31,266 nt of DNA. It comes from Bacteriovoracaceae bacterium. GTDB lineage: Bacteria > Bdellovibrionota > Bacteriovoracia > Bacteriovoracales > Bacteriovoracaceae. Every line of letters starts with the position of its first letter. The stretch's first letter is position 1. The notes beneath the pieces are model-generated. The model did not search any database. It had not been told where the DNA came from and saw only the letters and a list, made by a program, of their open reading frames with translations. Positions 28,501-31,266 of this stretch are shown here, piece after piece. Position numbers and translations under genes: made by a program. The stretch spans positions 1 through 31,266 of the forward strand of contig JBFGZE010000031.1 in NCBI GenBank assembly GCA_041586955.1, written 5' to 3'.

Positions 28501-29210
28501 CCATTAACGACAAGCTCTGTTTTCTTAACTTTATCACGTAAGCTTCTCGCTCTTTCAGCTTTCTCTGCCTGCTTTTGCAAAGATTTTAGATTTTTTTCAA
28601 TTTCAATTTGTAGATCTTTAAGACGACCGAGGTTGGATTCAGTTTGGTCAATTTTGCGCAAACTTTCCTTTTTCCTCATTTTAAATTTGGTAATACCAGC
28701 AACTTCTTCAATCATTGTTCGCCGCTCTTCTGGCTTGGCCTGAACAAGACGGTTGATTTCGCCCTGAGCAATAATCGAATATGATTTTGCTCCTGCACCA
28801 GTATCCATAAATACTTCTTGAATATCTTTAAGACGACACGGCTGACCATTGATTCGGTACTCCGTTTCACCATTTCTATATAGCTTACGCGTTAATTGTA
28901 TTTCAGATGGACTCGCAACTTTATTGCCAATGTGAATATGCTTACCTTCGGTGTTTTCTAAAACCAAAGTGGCCTCGGCCCAAGTGCCAGGGTTAAACTT
29001 TGAAGAGCCCGCGAAGATAACATCTTTCATGGTATTACCACGTAAATGTTTTGCTGATTGCTCACCCATGACCCAAAAAAGCGCATCTACAATATTTGAT
29101 TTACCACAACCATTAGGGCCCACGATACCCGTAATCCCCTGGTCAAAATGAATGGTTGTCCGATCTTTAAAAGATTTGAATCCCTGGATAATAAGCCGAT
29201 TTAACTTCAC
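25536..29210 (-). CDS. smc: Chromosome segregation protein SMC
   Basis: GFKSF, Walker A GPNGCGKSN, Q-loop IIAQG, two long coiled coils around a hinge, signature MSGGE, Walker B LLDEVDAPLD, ITHN; GTG start with AAGGA RBS. Confidence 0.97.
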   Translation of the reverse strand: MKLNRLIIQGFKSFKDRTTIHFDQGITGIVGPNGCGKSNIVDALFWVMGEQSAKHLRGNTMKDVIFAGSSKFNPGTWAEATLVLENTEGKHIHIGNKVASPSEIQLTRKLYRNGETEYRINGQPCRLKDIQEVFMDTGAGAKSYSIIAQGEINRLVQAKPEERRTMIEEVAGITKFKMRKKESLRKIDQTESNLGRLKDLQIEIEKNLKSLQKQAEKAERARSLRDKVKKTELVVNGHKVFDLLKGLKDGKTRLNESQIELQDWATRKETLEVSLEGERIQREEKTEKIDELQKEFNEISRELAASEEKLNSLCKSITQKEELIGTREKELEQIQEELTNRKERLEALAADLERIESEGNEEQNFSDLEELVENLKEELELKKAELSELTEDLNMKKEELAETNQQVFQNKSRLDEFSANLQDITQEIEALENQYSGFNGDIAKERDEVNHLNDHVEALVREESTLRAKLGERKSDYETLVQEIQTQTKIKIETESRFNSLIEINQSLDHAKEGIASFMDEVNDGSFDLFGNIIQCPDEYSKAVQVILNEYLNALVLKNGNANNLLEWIKNNTGKGLDFLKPKNFDTPQEIIERLKLLGLGEVKPLEEIVQFSQEVDPNLKNILKGLFVVDELLLDKVETLSTIGLKGLVDKKGTIVLHNGSNGSMLSVVSEKDAAQGVIERNNKIEELKELFEDTMALLQEKEEKEASLKAEVNELNESLDHIRNNLADQKAEYAAKKSTLESKMANLETGNARLDILKNRKAEISKKRLDLMEAEEGLDQKVVEIEEYVNEKQEVFDYLKESVEDLESQYSQNREELIEKELHAKSFQERLNSINGQVTDVEGQLERLEQRKVSNQELIEKYNTEIEEANNSLGELEENNQASASDLQEKDDVLNILKDDLVLLLQQMQEREEEAKGLNSKINKTEKEVVEIETKLTQYVQEEEQIVRNIFEKHQVNLRDTIGKFLEFEESDYQELQNIDQMFFIETEEGTKEIFPESYEFTRRYGQDLKDQHGRLKQFKSEYARLGEINWQAIEDYERQKLRFDFLSVQEGELRQSLEDLQNAIAHIDIKSKERFKIAFEEVDTRFQKVFPIIFGGGSAKLSVSGDINEPECGVEIIAQPPGKKMQNINLMSGGEKALTAVSLIFSIFLVKPSPFCLLDEVDAPLDDANVGRFNELLREMSKESQFILITHNKKTMELNDTLYGVTMQEPGISKAVSVQLH

Positions 29211-29498
29211 TAGCTATTCCTTTGCCGTGCATTACTCTACGTGTGTACTGTTCCGTTATACTTTAATAATTTGTCATATTTTCAACAGATCGCCAACGTA
29301 ATTCATGCCTAAATGCCCGATTGTAAGGGTTTTTAAGGCCTTCCAGCAGATATCTTTTAAATGTCCAAAATGATGTAAGATTAAGTGGCGCCAGGGGTTA
29401 AACACCTCACGATTATTGTCAATAACCAAAGCCTTCCATTAATAGGTGTCATAAATTTAAGGGATTTATTGCCTTCGCCAGAAAGCTGCTCAAAAAAA

Positions 29499-29575
29499 TG
29501 GTCGGAGCGAGAGGATTTGAACCTCCGACCCCTTGCTCCCAAAGCAAGTGCGCTACCAAGCTGCGCTACGCTCCG
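29499..29575 (-). tRNA. tRNA-Pro (anticodon TGG)
   Basis: Minus strand CGGAGCGTAGCGCAGCTTGGTAGCGCACTTGCTTTGGGAGCAAGGGGTCGGAGGTTCAAATCCTCTCGCTCCGACCA; 77 nt cloverleaf, anticodon stem CTTGC/GCAAG, encoded CCA. Confidence 0.98.
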
Positions 29576-29614
29576 ACATATATTAAGATGGGACTTGTTT
29601 TATAAAGAATTTAA

Positions 29615-30202
29615 TTAATTTTGGCAATGCCTTTCTTGTAGAAATTTCACCATATGCCCTGTTGCCACCGCTCTATGAGAAAACGTCTGTTTCCAATCTG
29701 ACAAATCGGCCAGAGTTTTTACTTCTGGGGCCTTCGCTGGCAGAAAAACGGGATCATAGCCAAAACCGCCACTTCCTTCGTAGCAAGAATGAATATGGCC
29801 ATGTAAACGACCTTCGAAAAAATAAATTTCTTCCGGGCTTAAGTAAAGGCAAAGAACACAGACAAAATAAGCTTCACGATTCTCAATCCCCTCCATTCTT
29901 TGCACTAATAACTCGGCCCTTTCTCTGCTTGTTAAAGACTCTCCACCAAAACGTGCTGTATAAATTCCCAACTCACCAGGAAGTGCGGCCACTTCTAGGC
30001 CAGAGTCATCCGCGACAACAGGCCTTTTAAATAAATCATAATAGGCCCGGGCCTTAAGCAATGCATTATCGCTAAAAGTAGCACCATTCTCATCTACCTC
30101 TAATTTCCTAGTAGCTGGCCTAATTTTTAAATTAGTATCCTGGACAAGGATGTTAAACTCCTCGGCCTTATGCTCATTTGAAGTCGCAAGTATTAAGTCC
30201 AA
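29615..30202 (-). CDS. rdgB: Non-canonical purine NTP pyrophosphatase RdgB/HAM1
   Basis: LATSNEHKAEE, NALLKA, ADDSGLEV, GFGYDPVF, SHR; TTG start with AAGGA RBS; directly after rph. Confidence 0.95.
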   Translation of the reverse strand: MDLILATSNEHKAEEFNILVQDTNLKIRPATRKLEVDENGATFSDNALLKARAYYDLFKRPVVADDSGLEVAALPGELGIYTARFGGESLTSRERAELLVQRMEGIENREAYFVCVLCLYLSPEEIYFFEGRLHGHIHSCYEGSGGFGYDPVFLPAKAPEVKTLADLSDWKQTFSHRAVATGHMVKFLQERHCQN

Positions 30203-30205
30203 TAT

Positions 30206-30916
30206 TTAGTCCTTTAAAATCATTTTCTGAGCGGCAAAGACCTCTTTTAAAGAAGTTTTTGCACAATCTAAAAGTGCAGTTAATTGGTCTCCTGAAAAAG
30301 GACGCCCCTCCGCTGTTCCCTGAATTTCAACAAAGTCACCTGCTTCTGTCATCACAATATTCATATCAGTTTCACAACTTGAATCTTCTTCATAATTAAG
30401 ATCTGCGATGACTTTACCATCTGGTGTTATCCCCACGCTAATGGCCGCCAAGGACTCCCGAATTGGATTGGTTTCTAAAAGACCGTCTTTCATTAATCTT
30501 TGAACTGCTTGACCAAGAGCAATATAAGCACCTGATACAGAAGTCGTTCGAGTCCCTCCATCGGCCACTAAAACATCACAATCAATTAAAATTGATCTTT
30601 CACCAAGTACTTCAAGATCAATAATAGATCGTAAACTTCTACCAATAAGTCTTTGAATTTCCTGAGTTCGTCCACCAACCTTACTTCTTTCACGGCGAGA
30701 GCGGGTATGAGTTGACCCCGGTAGCATATTATATTCTGCGGAGACCCAACCACTCCCTTGTCCTCTCATCCAACCAGGAACGCTTTCTTCTACGAAGGCC
30801 GTAATATGAACCTTAGTATTTCCAAATTCGGCAATAATTGAACCATGGGCATAAGGATTGCCGCCAGGCGTAAAGATAATTTTTCGGGGAGTTTCTCGTT
30901 CAATCAGGGATGACAT
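30206..30916 (-). CDS. rph: Ribonuclease PH
   Basis: GWVSAEYNMLP, GRTQEIQRLIGRSLR, DCDVLVADGGTRT, DLNYEEDS, DMNIVM, EIQGTAEG. Confidence 0.97.
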   Translation of the reverse strand: MSSLIERETPRKIIFTPGGNPYAHGSIIAEFGNTKVHITAFVEESVPGWMRGQGSGWVSAEYNMLPGSTHTRSRRERSKVGGRTQEIQRLIGRSLRSIIDLEVLGERSILIDCDVLVADGGTRTTSVSGAYIALGQAVQRLMKDGLLETNPIRESLAAISVGITPDGKVIADLNYEEDSSCETDMNIVMTEAGDFVEIQGTAEGRPFSGDQLTALLDCAKTSLKEVFAAQKMILKD

Positions 30917-30984
30917 AAGTTTTTACCTCAGCTATGTAAATGGTGTTCAATTTATACATCAACTCCTCAAATTGAGAAAGACAA

Positions 30985-31266
30985 ATGAAACATGAACATT
31001 TAAAGCAAATCGGCTCAACCCAAGATTTTATTAAAAGTCTTATTTCTGATCCCAAAACTTTCAAGCCGCTTCTCGTATCAACTGATATGCAAACAAAGGG
31101 TAAGGGCCGACAAGAGTCAACTTGGATTCATCATGATAATTCTCTCGCCTTTTCATTTACCCTGCGACCTCATCATATTGTAACTCTTACATCTCTTGAG
31201 ATAGCAGTTCTCCTTGTTAAAGGCCTAAACTCTCTTACCACTCAAGAAATTTACTTGAAATGGCCA
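30985..31266 (+). CDS. birA: Biotin--protein ligase BirA, 5' part (truncated by window end; not in ORF track)
   Basis: Manual translation MKHEHLKQIGSTQD...STDMQTKGKGRQESTW...SLAFSF...IYLKWP gives the ST(N/Q), QTxGxGR and KWP motifs; no N-terminal HTH. Confidence 0.9.
   Translation, partial: MKHEHLKQIGSTQDFIKSLISDPKTFKPLLVSTDMQTKGKGRQESTWIHHDNSLAFSFTLRPHHIVTLTSLEIAVLLVKGLNSLTTQEIYLKWP

Noticed and set aside
25536..29210. SMC as part of a Wadjet/MksBEF or SbcCD-type system
   Set aside because: Canonical Smc head motifs and length, housekeeping context and no jet, mks or nuclease partner genes.
29385..29618. 77-aa ORF containing [26 protein letters not shown]
   Set aside because: This is the typical antisense translation of the tRNA-Pro gene.
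683..30399. Numerous 60-122 aa alternative-frame and antisense ORFs in the ORF track
   Set aside because: They lie within well-supported genes, lack motifs and look like shadow ORFs.
1..31266. CRISPR arrays, IS elements, prophage, rRNA, parS
   Set aside because: No regularly spaced repeats, transposase, integrase or phage genes, rRNA-like sequence or parS palindrome were seen by eye.

Overview
AT-rich bacterial chromosomal window, densely coding, with most genes on the - strand. Gene content (rny, zapA, smc, epmA, fused 2-oxoacid dehydrogenase E1, LolA, outer-membrane barrels, large orphan lipoprotein) indicates a diderm. My best guess is a Bdellovibrionota/Bacteriovoracales-type predator, inferred rather than confirmed by search. 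From 4.1 kb onward it is mostly core housekeeping: branched-chain amino acid catabolism (fused E1, Leu dehydrogenase), ferredoxin, TrxB-like reductase, CNNM/CorC transporter, MutT, Dus, SDR, ftsY-zapA-ygfA-rny, epmA, rimO, slt, smc-lolA, rph-rdgB-tRNA-Pro and a partial birA missed by the ORF track. I saw no mobile element, CRISPR array or rRNA. The best candidates for undescribed biology are: (1) a coupled beta-barrel plus 903-aa lipoprotein operon with tandem Cys repeats and a segment resembling a beta-pore-forming hairpin; (2) a coupled 8-TM 'GHWYL' protein plus double zinc-ribbon membrane protein behind mutT; (3) a TrxB-like enzyme lacking NADPH-binding motifs that abuts a 2Fe-2S ferredoxin; (4) a sigma28-like promoter and structured leader upstream of the CNNM gene.
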